Part shown: in pieces, positions 20,953 through 32,406 of the stretch | Layout: the number at the start of each line of letters is the position of its first letter | Numbering within the stretch: the stretch's first letter is position 1 | Source: Macrostomum lignano | Lineage: Eukaryota | DNA length: 40,312 nt | NCBI GenBank assembly: GCA_002269645.1 | Contig: NIVC01000647.1 | Coordinates: forward strand, 495,322-535,633 | Direction of reading: 5' to 3' | The notes under the pieces: generated by a model | Database searches by the model: none | What the model saw: the letters and a program-made list of their open reading frames with translations, nothing else | What the model was told of the DNA's origin: nothing | Position numbers and translations under genes: made by a program

Positions 20953-21239
20953 TAGAAGCGACTTGCATCCACTTTTGAAGCGGAAAAACTCACGAATTTC
21001 AAAAAAATTCTGACCAACAAATTTCACTTTTTGTATTTTCGCAGTTCAGTTGAATTATCCTATTCGTCAAGTTTGGTAAGTCCCAGGGCTTTGAAATTGA
21101 GCTGTTAGTGAAGCAGCTTTTCAAAGGGTTTGTAGAGAGGAACCGCAACCAACTAACAGAATTGCTATAGTTAGATCGCCACATGAAAACTCCCTCAACC
21201 CCTTAAGAATTGTTTCCAAAACCTGTGAAATTTGCCCGT

Positions 21240-21612
21240 AAGAATCGCCACTGAGAATCGCCCCAGAGAATCGCCCCAGAGAATCGCCCCAGAGAATCGC
21301 CCCAGAGAATCGCCCCAGAGAATCGCCCCAGAGAATCGCCTTTGAGAATCGCCTCTGAGAATCGCCTCTGAGAATCGCCCCAGAGAATCGCGCCTGAGAA
21401 TCGCCCCAGAGAATCGCCTTTGAGAATCGCCTCTGAGAATCGCCCCAGAGAATCGCCCCAGAGAATCGCCTTTGAGAATCGCCTCTGAGAATCGCCCCAG
21501 AGAATCGCCTTTGAGAATCGCCCCAGAGAATCGCCCCAGAGAATCGCCTTTGAGAATCGCCTCTGAGAATCGCCCCAGAGAATCGCCCCAGAGAATCGCC
21601 CCAGAGAATCGC
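21240..21612. repeat. Minisatellite, 13-bp unit GAGAATCGCC(CCA/TCT/TTT), about 28 copies
   Basis: Read directly; shares AGAATCGCCCC with the 1-965 array. Confidence 0.95.
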
Positions 21613-22325
21613 TCTTGAATAGGTCTAAGAATCCCCTTAATCACCTCAAATTTTAATAATGCAGCTCAAGCCACAGGCCCATTAATTTCAACTCAAGGCA
21701 TTAAGTGACAATAATAAATAACAGACAGTAAATCTCAGTTATAAGAAGGCCCCAATGCGTTCATGCTAATTAATTCTCGCTAAAATTATGAATTTTCTGA
21801 ATAATTTGCATTAATTAGGAAGGTGTTGTAAATATCAATGGGCATTAAGTATTGGACTCAGAGGGCAATGACTGCATGTGGTGCATGACAGTGCAAGAAG
21901 TCATAAAACACAAATTATCAGTGGATATAAATGAGGACTGCACCGCGATACGGCCGCTCGCTTTTCACACATCGTTAAATTGGGGATCACGGAGATTTAA
22001 CTGAGTAAACACTTGGCTGCAATGCTCAGATGTGAACCAGTTGTCTGACCAGGCGAAATCCGGTCAGAAGTGTTATGAATCTACAATGCCCCAGTCTGCG
22101 TTTCTCTGATTTCTCAATAACTGGCTGGAAGAGTCGTTAAAATCAGTTTAAATTGTCTCTCGCGTCCTGCAGAATAAGAAATGACTTGCTTGAAGTGCTT
22201 GAATTCCTGCGGGTCAGTCAATTAAATGTTCGTTTTAGCAATATTGAGCCTTTTGATGAGGTCTTTGTTCAGGAGAGTAGGGTTACAGCGCGAAATGCTA
22301 GCCAAAAGACACGAACAAAACTTTT

Positions 22326-22817
22326 ATCACTCATCTCTATGGCGCCTGATCACTCATCTCCATGGCGCCTGATCACTCATCTCTATGGCGCCTGATCACT
22401 CATCTCCATGGCGCCTGATCACTCATCTCTATGGCGGCTGATCACTTATCTCTATGGCGCCTGATCACTCATCTCTATGGCGGCTGATCACTCATCTCTG
22501 TGGCGCCTGATCACTCATCTCTATGGCGCCTGATCACTCATCTCTATGGCGCCTGATCACTCATCTCTATGGCGGCTGATCACTTATCTCTATGGCGCCT
22601 GATCACTCATCTCTATGGCGCCTGATCACTCATCTCTATGGCGCCTGATCACTCATCTCTATGGCGCCTGATCACTCATCTCTATGGCGGCTGATCACTT
22701 ATCTCTATGGCGCCTGATCACTCATCTCTATGGCGCCTGATCACTCATCTCTATGGCGCCTGATCACTCATCTCTATGGCGCCTGATCACTTATCTCTAT
22801 AATGGCGCCTGATCACC
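22326..22817. repeat. Minisatellite, 23-bp unit GGCGCCTGATCACTCATCTCTAT, about 21 copies
   Basis: Read directly. Confidence 0.96.
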
Positions 22818-23811
22818 CATTTCTTTGGCCCTAATGCGAACTTACAAATTCTGAATTTGGACTCAAATTTTGATGCAAAGCTTCTTCTACTCTCATTTGT
22901 TTCTATATAGAGCTAATTAAAGAGCTTATCGGTTGGCCAATCCTCCTGATAAAAGCCAGAACAGTATGAAAATTGTTTTGGCTCGATCAGTGAAGTCAAG
23001 TCTATGGATAATTGAAACATGTTTGGGAGTTAAGCACGGTACACTTGGATTTGCTAATTGAGTTCCTGTAAGAGGCCTCAAAATCTGAAAATAAGCTTAA
23101 CAATGCACCAATGATTTCATTTGTAGAATCGAGCCGAGAGCCCAACTCAACAAAACGATTTCTGAATCAGTTTCTTTGCATAGCTGGCCCCATAAAAGAG
23201 TTAATCCCTGACTAAATCTTTTGCCGGGAAATTTATTTGATTAAAAAGATTTCCCTAAAAACTTGGAGCGGATGATGACGGAACGTTAGAGCGGAAATAT
23301 TCCTAAGCTGAGGCTGCAAGACTTCAGATGAACTCAGTCAGTGATTAATAAACTCTGAGCACAGGTCTCGACATGAGCCTTCAATAAGCCAAGTCCCAGA
23401 GACCAGCACAGGAAATTGGCACCTTTTTGAGCTGTGCAGGAGCTGCTAAAACTTTAATCCTTGCGTGTGCTGCATGGACAGTTGCCCATCTCGCAAATGG
23501 TTCCTGTTCACCTAATCAACTTTTGAGAAACCTTTTTCAACTTTTCTGCGGGTCTCTGTCTTTCTGTGAGAAACTTCACGAAGCGAAAGCTGATCAGTGA
23601 CTAAGCCGCAAGCAGCAGGGGGGGGGGGGGTTGCAACACTCCTCCATGATTAGAAAATACAAGAGAATAACAAAGGTGCCACTGAGTGATTAGAAACTGA
23701 AAGCAAAGACAGCAAACTTAACGAGATTAGCTAACTTAACTTTATCTATGCTTGGCTATAGGGAAATAAGTAAGATTTATGAGCGTGACTAAGACTGAAA
23801 ATTTTTATTTA

Positions 23812-26800
23812 AATGAGTGAATCTAAGGGTGAGTAAGTGAATATGATGGGAAATGAATAAATCTGAGGGGGAATTAGTGCATCTGAGGCTGAAATGAATG
23901 AATCTGAGGCTGAAATGAGTGAATCTGAGGGGTAATGAGTGAATCTGAGGGAGAATGACTGAATCCGAGGTTATGAAGAAAATGAGTGAATCTTGGGGTG
24001 ATATGGGTGAATCTGAAGAAAATGAGAGAATCTTGGGGTGATAATGAGTGAATCTGAAGAAAATGAGAGAATCTGAAGAAAATGAGTGAATCTGAAGAAA
24101 ATGAGTGAATCTGAAGAAAATGAGTGAATCTTGGGGTGATATGAGTGAATCTGAAGAAAATGAGTGAATCTGAAGAAAATGAGTGAATCTGAAGAAAATG
24201 AGTGAATCTGAAGAAAATGAGTGAATCTGAAGAAAATGAGTGAATCTGAAGAAAATGAGTGAATCTGAAGAAAATGAGTAAATCTTGGGATGATATGAGT
24301 GAATCTGAAGAAAATGAGTGAATCTTGGGGTGATATGAGTGAATCTGAAGAAAATGAGTGAATCTTGGGATGATATGAGTGAATCTGAAGAAAATGAGAG
24401 AATCTTGGGATGAAATGAGTGAATCTGAAGAAAATGAGAGAATCTTGGGATGAAATGAGTGAATCTGAGAGAAAATGAGAGAATCTTGGGATGAAATGAG
24501 TGAATCTGAAGAAAATGAGAGAATCTTGGGATGATATGAGTGAATCTGAAGAAAATGAGTGAATCTTGGGATGAAATGAGTGAATCTGAAGAAAATGAGT
24601 GAATCTTGGGATGATATGAGTGAATCTGAAGAAAATGAGAGAATCTTGGGATGATATGAGTGAATCTGAAGAAAATGAGTGAATCTTGGGATGAAATGAG
24701 TGAATCTGAAGAAAATGAGTGAATCTTGGGATGATATGAGTGAATCTGAAGAAAATGAGAGAATCTTGGGATGATATGAGTGAATCTGAAGAAAATGAGT
24801 AAATCTTGGGATGAAATGAGTGAATCTGAAGAAAATGAGAGAATCTTGGGATGATATGAGTGAATCTGAAGAAAATGAGTAAATCTTGGGATGATATGAG
24901 TGAATCTGAAGAAAATGAGAGAATCTTGGGATGATATGAGTGAATCTGAAGAAAATGAGTGAATCTTGGGATGAAATGAGTGAATCTGAAGAAAATGAGT
25001 GAATCTTGGGATGATATGAGTGAATCTGAAGAAAATGAGTGAATCTTGGGATGAAATGAGTGAATCTGAAGAAAATGAGTAAATCTTGGGATGATATGAG
25101 TGAATCTGAAGAAAATGAGTGAATCTTGGGATGAAATAAGTGAATCTGAAGAAAATGAGTGAATCTTGGGATGAAATGAGTGAATTTGAAGAAAATGAAT
25201 GAATCTTGGGATGAAATGAGTGAATCTGAAGAAAATGAGTAAATCTTGGGATGAAATGAGTGAATCTGAAGAAAATGAGTGAATCTTGGGATGAAATGAG
25301 TGAATTTGAAGAAAATGAATGAATCTTGGGATGAAATGAGTGAATCTGAAGAAAATGAGTAAATCTTGGGATGATATGAGTGAATCTGAAGAAAATGAGT
25401 AAATCTTGGGATGATATGAGTGAATCTGAAGAAAATGAGTAAATCTTGGGATGATATGAGTGAATCTGAAGAAAATGAGTGAATCTTGGGATGAAATGAG
25501 TGAATCTGAAGAAAATGAGTAAATCTTGGGATGAAATGAGTGAATCTGAAGAAAATGAGTAAATCTTGGGATGATATGAGTGAATCTGAAGAAAATGAGT
25601 AAATCTTGGGATGATATGAGTGAATCTGAAGAAAATGAGTAAATCTTGGGATGATATGAGTGAATCTGAAGAAAATGAGTGAATCTTGGGATGAAATGAG
25701 TGAATCTGAAGAAAATGAGAGAATCTTGGGATGATATGAGTGAATCTGAAGAAAATGAGTAAATCTTGGGATGAAATGAGTGAATCTGAAGAAAATGAGA
25801 GAATCTTGGGATGATATGAGTGAATCTGAAGAAAATGAGAGAATCTTGGGATGATATGAGTGAATCTGAAGAAAATGAGTAAATCTTGGGATGAAATGAG
25901 TGAATCTAAAGAAAATGAGAGAATCTTGGGATGATATGAGTGAATCTGAAGAAAATGAGTAAATCTTGGGATGATATGAGTGAATCTGAAGAAAATGAGT
26001 GAATCTTGGGATGAAATGAGTGAATCTGAAGAAAATGAGAGAATCTTGGGATGATATGAGTGAATCTGAAGAAAATGAGAGAATCTTGGGATGAAATGAG
26101 TGAATCTGAAGAAAATGAGTAAATCTTGGGATGATATGAGTGAATCTGAAGAAAATGAGTAAATCTTGGGATGATATGAGTGAATCTGAAGAAAATGAGT
26201 AAATCTTGGGATGATATGAGTGAATCTGAAGAAAATGAGTGAATCTTGGGATGAAATGAGTGAATCTGAAGAAAATGAGAGAATCTTGGGATGATATGAG
26301 TGAATCTGAAGAAAATGAGTAAATCTTGGGATGAAATGAGTGAATCTGAAGAAAATGAGTAAATCTTGGGATGATATGAGTGAATCTGAAGAAAATGAGT
26401 AAATCTTGGGATGATATGAGTGAATCTGAAGAAAATGAGTAAATCTTGGGATGATATGAGTGAATCTGAAGAAAATGAGTGAATCTTGGGATGAAATGAG
26501 TGAATCTGAAGAAAATGAGAGAATCTTGGGATGATATGAGTGAATCTGAAGAAAATGAGTAAATCTTGGGATGATATGAGTGAATCTGAAGAAAATGAGA
26601 GAATCTTGGGATGATATGAGTGAATCTGAAGAAAATGAGTAAATCTTGGGATGATATGAGTGAATCTGAAGAAAATGAGTGAATCTTGGGATGAAATGAG
26701 TGAATCTGAAGAAAATGAGAGAATCTTGGGATGATATGAGTGAATCTGAAGAAAATGAGTAAATCTTGGGATGAAATGAGTGAATCTGAAGAAAATGAGA

Positions 26801-28720
26801 GAATCTTGGGATGATATGAGTGAATCTGAAGAAAATGAGTAAATCTTGGGATGATATGAGTGAATCTGAGAGAAAATGAGTGAATCTTGGGATGAAATGA
26901 GTGAATCTGAAGAAAATGAGAGAATCTTGGGATGATATGAGTGAATCTGAAGAAAATGAGTAAATCTTGGGATGATATGAGTGAATCTGAAGAAAATGAG
27001 TAAATCTTGGGATGAAATGAGTGAATCTGAAGAAAATGAGAGAATCTTGGGATGATATGAGTGAATCTGAAGAAAATGAGTAAATCTTGGGATGAAATGA
27101 GTGAATCTGAAGAAAATGAGAGAATCTTGGGATGATATGAGTGAATCTGAAGAAAATGAGTAAATCTTGGGATGATATGAGTGAATCTGAAGAAAATGAG
27201 AGAATCTTGGGATGATATGAGTGAATCTGAAGAAAATGAGTAAATCTTGGGATGATATGAGTGAATCTGAAGAAAATGAGAGAATCTTGGGATGATATGA
27301 GTGAATCTGAAGAAAATGAGTAAATCTTGGGATGATATGAGTGAATCTGAAGAAAATGAGTGAATCTTGGGATGAAATGAGTGAATCTGAAGAAAATGAG
27401 AGAATCTTGGGATGATATGAGTGAATCTGAAGAAAATGAGTAAATCTTCGGATGAAATGAGTGAATCTGAAGAAAATGAGAGAATCTTGGGATGATATGA
27501 GTGAATCTGAAGAAAATGAGAGAATCTTGGGATGATATGAGTGAATCTGAAGAAAATGAGAGAATCTTGGGATGATATGAGTGAATCTGAAGAAAATGAG
27601 AGAATCTTGGGATGATATGAGTGAATCTGAAGAAAATGAGTAAATCTTGGGATGAAATGAGTGAATCTGAAGAAAATGAGTAAATCTTGGGATGATATGA
27701 GTGAATCTGAAGAAAATGAGAGAATCTTGGGATGATATGAGTGAATCTGAAGAAAATGAGTAAATCTTGGGATGAAATGAGTGAATCTGAAGAAAATGAG
27801 AGAATCTTGGGATGATATGAGTGAATCTGAAGAAAATGAGTAAATCTTGGGATGATATGAGTGAATCTGAAGAAAATGAGAGAATCTTGGGATGATATGA
27901 GTGAATCTGAGAGAAAATGAGTAAATCTTGGGATGAAATGAGTGAATCTGAAGAAAATGAGAGAATCTTGGGATGATATGAGTGAATCTGAAGAAAATGA
28001 GTGAATCTTGGGATGAAATGAGTGAATCTGAAGAAAATGAGTGAATCTTGGGATGAAATGAGTGAATCTGAAGAAAATGAGAGAATCTTGGGATGATATG
28101 AGTGAATCTGAAGAAAATTAGTGAATCTTGGGATGAAATGAGTGAATCTGAGAGAAAATGAGTAAATCTTGGGATGAAATGAGTGAATCTGAGAGAAAAT
28201 GAGTAAATCTTGGGATGAAATGAGTGAATCTGAAGAAAATGAGAGAATCTTGGGATGAAATGAGTGAATCTGAGAGAAAATGAGAGAATCTTGGGATGAT
28301 ATGAGTGAATCTGAAGAAAATGAGTGAATCTTGGGATGAAATGAGTGAATCTGAAGAAAATTAGTGAATCTTGGGATGAAATGAGTGAATCTGAAGAAAA
28401 TGAGTAAATCTTGGGATGATATGAGTGAATCTGAAGAAAATGAGTGAATCTTGGGATGAAATGAGTGAATCTGAAGAAAATGAGAGAATCTTGGGATGAT
28501 ATGAGTGAATCTGAAGAAAATGAGTGAATCTTGGGATGAAATGAGTGAATCTGAAGAAAATGAGTAAATCTTGGGATGATATGAGTGAATCTGAAGAAAA
28601 TGAGAGAATCTTGGGATGATATGAGTGAATCTGAAGAAAATGAGAGAATCTTGGGATGATATGAGTGAATCTGAAGAAAATTAGTGAATCTTGGGGTGAA
28701 ATGAGTGAACCTGAGGGAAA
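23812..28720. repeat. 4.9-kb satellite, 40-bp higher-order unit of two related monomers: 19-bp GAGTGAATCTGAAGAAAAT and 21-bp GAGTGAATCTTGGGATGAAAT
   Basis: Read directly; a monomer-only 19-bp block at about 24040-24290 and diverged units at both edges. Confidence 0.97.
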
Positions 28721-29426
28721 TCATTTAGAGACGACGCCTTCCAATACGAAAGTCAGGGACGCTGTACACCCAGAGTGCCCAGCAGCCAGCGGAATGGTTG
28801 TGACTGCTTGCCCATCTATGCCTCCTAAACTGACTGACTGACTGACTTGGCGGGAAAAGTCAGTGGCGCAGATGAGACTGGGGATGAAGTGGAGGATTCC
28901 ACAAGCTGACACTATTTAGGGAATCCATGCAGGCCTACGCGCTAATGCAATTACCAATTAATAACAAATCCATTTCGACCGACCAAAACCAATTATTTAA
29001 TCTGACACTGCAGCAATTTTGGCAGCTCTTTTATTCCTCTCCAGCTCCCGTTTCCCTGTTTAATTATCTATCCCTGTGTTTGATTCAATTATTCCAATGG
29101 TAGATGAGGTTTTTTTACAAAGAAGGATAGAGCAGAACTCCGCCCCATTCAGCATCGTAAATGATGATCTTCCTAGCGGGAACGGATGGGAAGAGAGAAA
29201 GTGACGGGGAATGGAAACTGAAAGATGACGAGTAGCGCATGGATCAACTTTCTCGAGGCTGAGTCCGCCTCGATTATTCACTCAGACTGCCAAATTATTT
29301 TTTGGGAAGCGAACTGCCGGAATGAGCTGAGCGAGGGCGGAGATTGGGAAATTTTACGCCAAATCTCCTGAAATCCTGGCAATTGGAAAATGAGCTCTGA
29401 GAAGCCAAGCAAAGGAGACTGACTGT

Positions 29427-30338
29427 TGTAGGATAGGCACTGCATAGGGTAGACACTGCATAGGGTAGACACTGCATAGGGTAGACACTGCATAGGGTAG
29501 ACACTGCATAGGGTAGACACTGCATAGGGTAGACACTGCATAGGGTAGACACTGCATAGGGTAGACACTGGATAGGGTAGACACTGCATAGGGTAGACAC
29601 TGCATAGGGTAGACACTACATAGAGTAGACACTGCATAGGGTAGACACTACATAGGGTAGACACTGCATAGGGTAGACACTGCATAGGATAGGCACTGCA
29701 TAGGGTAGACACTGCATAGGGTAGGCACTGCATAGGGTAGACACTGCATAGGGTAGGCACTGCATAGGATAGGCACTGCATAGGGTAGACACTGCATAGG
29801 GTAGACACTGCATAGGGTAGACACTGCATAGGGTAGACACTGCATAGGGTAGACACTGCATAGGGTAGGCACTGGATAGGGTAGACACTGCATAGGGTAG
29901 GCACTGCATAGGATAGGCACTGCATAGGGTAGACACTGCATAGGGTAGACACTGCATAGGGTAGACACTGCATAGGGTAGACACTGCATAGGGTAGACAC
30001 TGCATAGGGTAGACACTGCATAGGGTAGACACTGCATAGGGTAGACACTGCATAGGGTAGACACTGCATAGGGTAGACACTGCATAGGGTAGACACTGCA
30101 TAGGGTAGACACTGCATAGGGTAGACACTGCATAGGGTAGACACTGCATAGGGTAGACACTGCATATGGTAGACACTGGATAGGGTAGACACTGCATAGG
30201 GTAGACACTACATAGGGTAGACACTGCATAGGGTAGACACTACATAGGGTAGACACTGCATAGGGTAGACACTGCATAGGGTAGACACTGCATAGGGTAG
30301 ACACTGGATAGGGTAGACACTGCATAGGGTAGACACTG
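29427..30338. repeat. Minisatellite, 16-bp unit GCATAGGGTAGACACT, about 57 copies, ending about 40 bp before the SKOR splice acceptor
   Basis: Read directly. Confidence 0.97.
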
Positions 30339-30379
30339 CTCAGGACACAGCACAGCAAATCTCCTATCCCTTTGCAGAC

Positions 30380-31174
30380 ATGCAGCAACAACAGGCTCAG
30401 CAGCAGGCAGTCAAGCAGATCGGCACTGTTCAGCTGTACGGCTCCAACATCGTGTCCCTCCAACTGGACGGCGAAGAACGCCTCTGCCTCGCCCAGATCT
30501 CCAACACCCTGCTCAAATCGTTCTCCTACAACGAGATCCACAATCGTCGAGTCGCTCTGGGCATCACTTGCGTCCAGTGCACCCCAGTGCAGTTGGAGCT
30601 GCTCAGACGGGCCGGCGCGATGCCAGTGTCGTCCAGACGGTGCGGCATGATCACTCGGCGGGAGGCGGAGCGGCTGGTCAAATCGTTTCTGGATGACGTC
30701 ACCGTGCCTCAGCTGCCCGAATCGTTCAGCTTTGACGTGAGCCACAGCTGCGGCTGGGGCTGTCGGGGCTACTTCTACCCGGCCAGGTACACCAGCTCCA
30801 GGGCCAAGTGCATCCGCTGCCACCACTGCCAGCAGTTCCTGTCGCCGAACAAGTTCATCTTTCACTGCCATCAGGTGGACGGTAGGAGCTATCGCCAGCC
30901 AGACGCAGCCAATTTCAACGCCTGGCGTCGGCACCTGAGCCTAACTGACCCGGCCCCAGACCGGGAGCTGCTGTACAACTGGGAGGATGTCAAGGCCATG
31001 TTCAACGGCGGTTCCCGGCGTCGAGGACCCGGCGGTAGCGGCGGTAGCGGCGGCGGCGGCGGCGGATGCGGGACCGAGGGTGAGGACGACGACGTGAACT
31101 CCTCCGTTGGAGGAGGCGACGGCATCGCTGGTGGTGACGAGTCGCCTGTTGTGGAAAAATCAGATGAGGAGAAT
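30380..31174 (+). CDS. SKOR: SKOR/Fussel/Corl (Ski-Sno family corepressor) first coding exon: Ski/Sno (DHD) domain and SAND-like SMAD4-binding domain
   Basis: LYGSNIVSLQLDGEERLCLAQISNTLLKSFSYNEIHNRRVALGITCVQCTPVQLELLRRAGAMPVSSRRCGMITRREAERL is nearly identical to SKOR1/2 as I recall them, followed by HSCGWGCRG...RYTSSRAKCIRCHHC...FSPNKFIFHCH-like...QPDAANFNAWRRHL...WEDVKAMFNGGSRRR (SKOR-specific; Zn ligands CxxC and HxH). Donor AAT|gtgagt, phase 0. The ATG is preceded by the acceptor tttgcag|AC. Confidence 0.95.
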
Positions 31175-31506
31175 GTGAGTTCAGGGACTCTTAATTGGCG
31201 TCTCTTTTTTCGGAGTTCAGTAAAGGAACTCTTGATGGTTGTTTTCTAAGAAGTGATGCACGGGGACTCAATTGACGGTTGTTCTCTAGGAAGTTACGCA
31301 CGGGGGCTCACAGCGACAGCGTTATGTATGCAAGAGGTTTGTTTTCTGTATGTCCTTTTGATATGTTTGGTATGCTCGAAATGCTACATGGTTCGAGAAT
31401 AAAGCTCCTCAACGTTATTGGGAGTCTCTAAGTTGGTTGTTGGATGCAAAATCCTGACAAAAGCCTTTGCATCAGTTGCACCTCTCCACGCCGTCTCCAT
31501 CCGCAG

Positions 31507-31726
31507 CAGTCGCTAAGCAAGCACGCTCCGGTCTCAACTGCCAAGGCCAGTCGTTCTGGCGCGGTGAAGCGCTCGCACTCGATGCTGACAATGCCAAACC
31601 TGCCACCTCCGCCACCGCTGCCGCCGCTGGCACAGCCGTTGCCGCCCCTACCGCCGTCTCTGTCGTCTTCGATTCACGCCAGCTTACAGCTGAACGCTTC
31701 ACAGTCCTTCGATCCCTGGCTGAATA

Positions 31727-31761
<35 letters not shown>

Positions 31762-32193
31762 CTGACTTCGACTGGCTCAACCACCGCCGCAGCTGCTGCT
31801 GCCGCCGCGGCCGCCGCCGCTGCCACCTGGCCGCTGATGTGGGCGAAGGGTCTGCGCTCGGTCCTGCCGCATGGAGGCCCTAACGAAGACGTTACGACCG
31901 GAGCAGTTTGGGAGCAGCGCCAGCAGCCTCCACCGATGCCTCCGCCGATGCCGCCGATGCCGTCGCAGTCGATCTGGGGCTACAGCGCTCTGCCCTTTCC
32001 TCCTCCTATGGCGTTTTATCAGCAACAGCAGCAGCAGCAGCAGCAGCATCAGAGACAGCTATCGACACTGTTTCCATCTGAAGTCAAACGATTCCGTGGA
32101 ATTGGTGGCGGTTCCGGAGGCGGTAGCGGAGGCTATTCAATCGAAGCTATCATGGGCGCCGCTGCGTCCGACGAGGGAGACTCGAACCCGTGA
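31507..32193 (+). CDS. SKOR: SKOR second coding exon: low-complexity Pro/Gln/Ala-rich C-terminus with eh1-like motif; stop TGA
   Basis: Pyrimidine tract plus ccgcag|CAG (phase 0; alternative acceptor at 31510), open to the stop at 32191-32193; predicted protein about 493 aa. Joined by phase compatibility, not by homology. Confidence 0.78.
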
Positions 32194-32406
32194 ACTTTTC
32201 CAAACAAAAGCAATCGTGGATTCTAACTACAGGACAGTTTAACGCATATTTTGTTGATTGATGCGAAAAATTTTGTTTGTTTTAACCGTTTATTCTTATG
32301 ATGTTGAATTCTATTTGATAACAAGGAAATGAAAAAATTCAAAACTTAGTCATCGCAGTAGTATGTATAGACTTTGCTGAGGATATATTTCACTATCGGA
32401 ATGTTC

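Noticed and set aside
22055-22080. CTGACCAGGCGAAATCCGGTCAG hairpin as a hammerhead ribozyme (known in flatworm satellites)
   Set aside because: Lacks the CTGATGA core; the CTGATGA occurrences I found (about 37444 and 38271) have no matching stem II-GAAA. An Infernal search would be definitive.
23618-23630. G13 run as a transposon terminus or G-quadruplex
   Set aside because: No matching C run or inverted terminus found; a lone homopolymer may be a sequencing artefact.
23874-28724. 1616-aa minus-strand ORF
   Set aside because: It lies entirely in the 40-bp satellite. The + strand unit lacks TTA, CTA and TCA, so the minus strand has no stops; the translation is a periodic artefact.
28847-28858. 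Canonical E2F site TTGGCGGGAAAA
   Set aside because: A single short motif is expected by chance in 40 kb; no supporting context.
29427-30338. Telomere-like TAGGG in the 16-bp unit
   Set aside because: One TAGGG per 16 bp, not (TTAGGG)n; not an interstitial telomere.
29648-30934. 428-aa minus-strand ORF
   Set aside because: Antisense shadow of the GC-rich SKOR exon fused to the 16-bp array.
31871-32242. Alternative-frame ORF starting MEALT, like the N-terminus of human SKOR1 as I recall it
   Set aside because: It lies downstream of the conserved domains, out of frame, and the similarity stops after five residues; coincidence.
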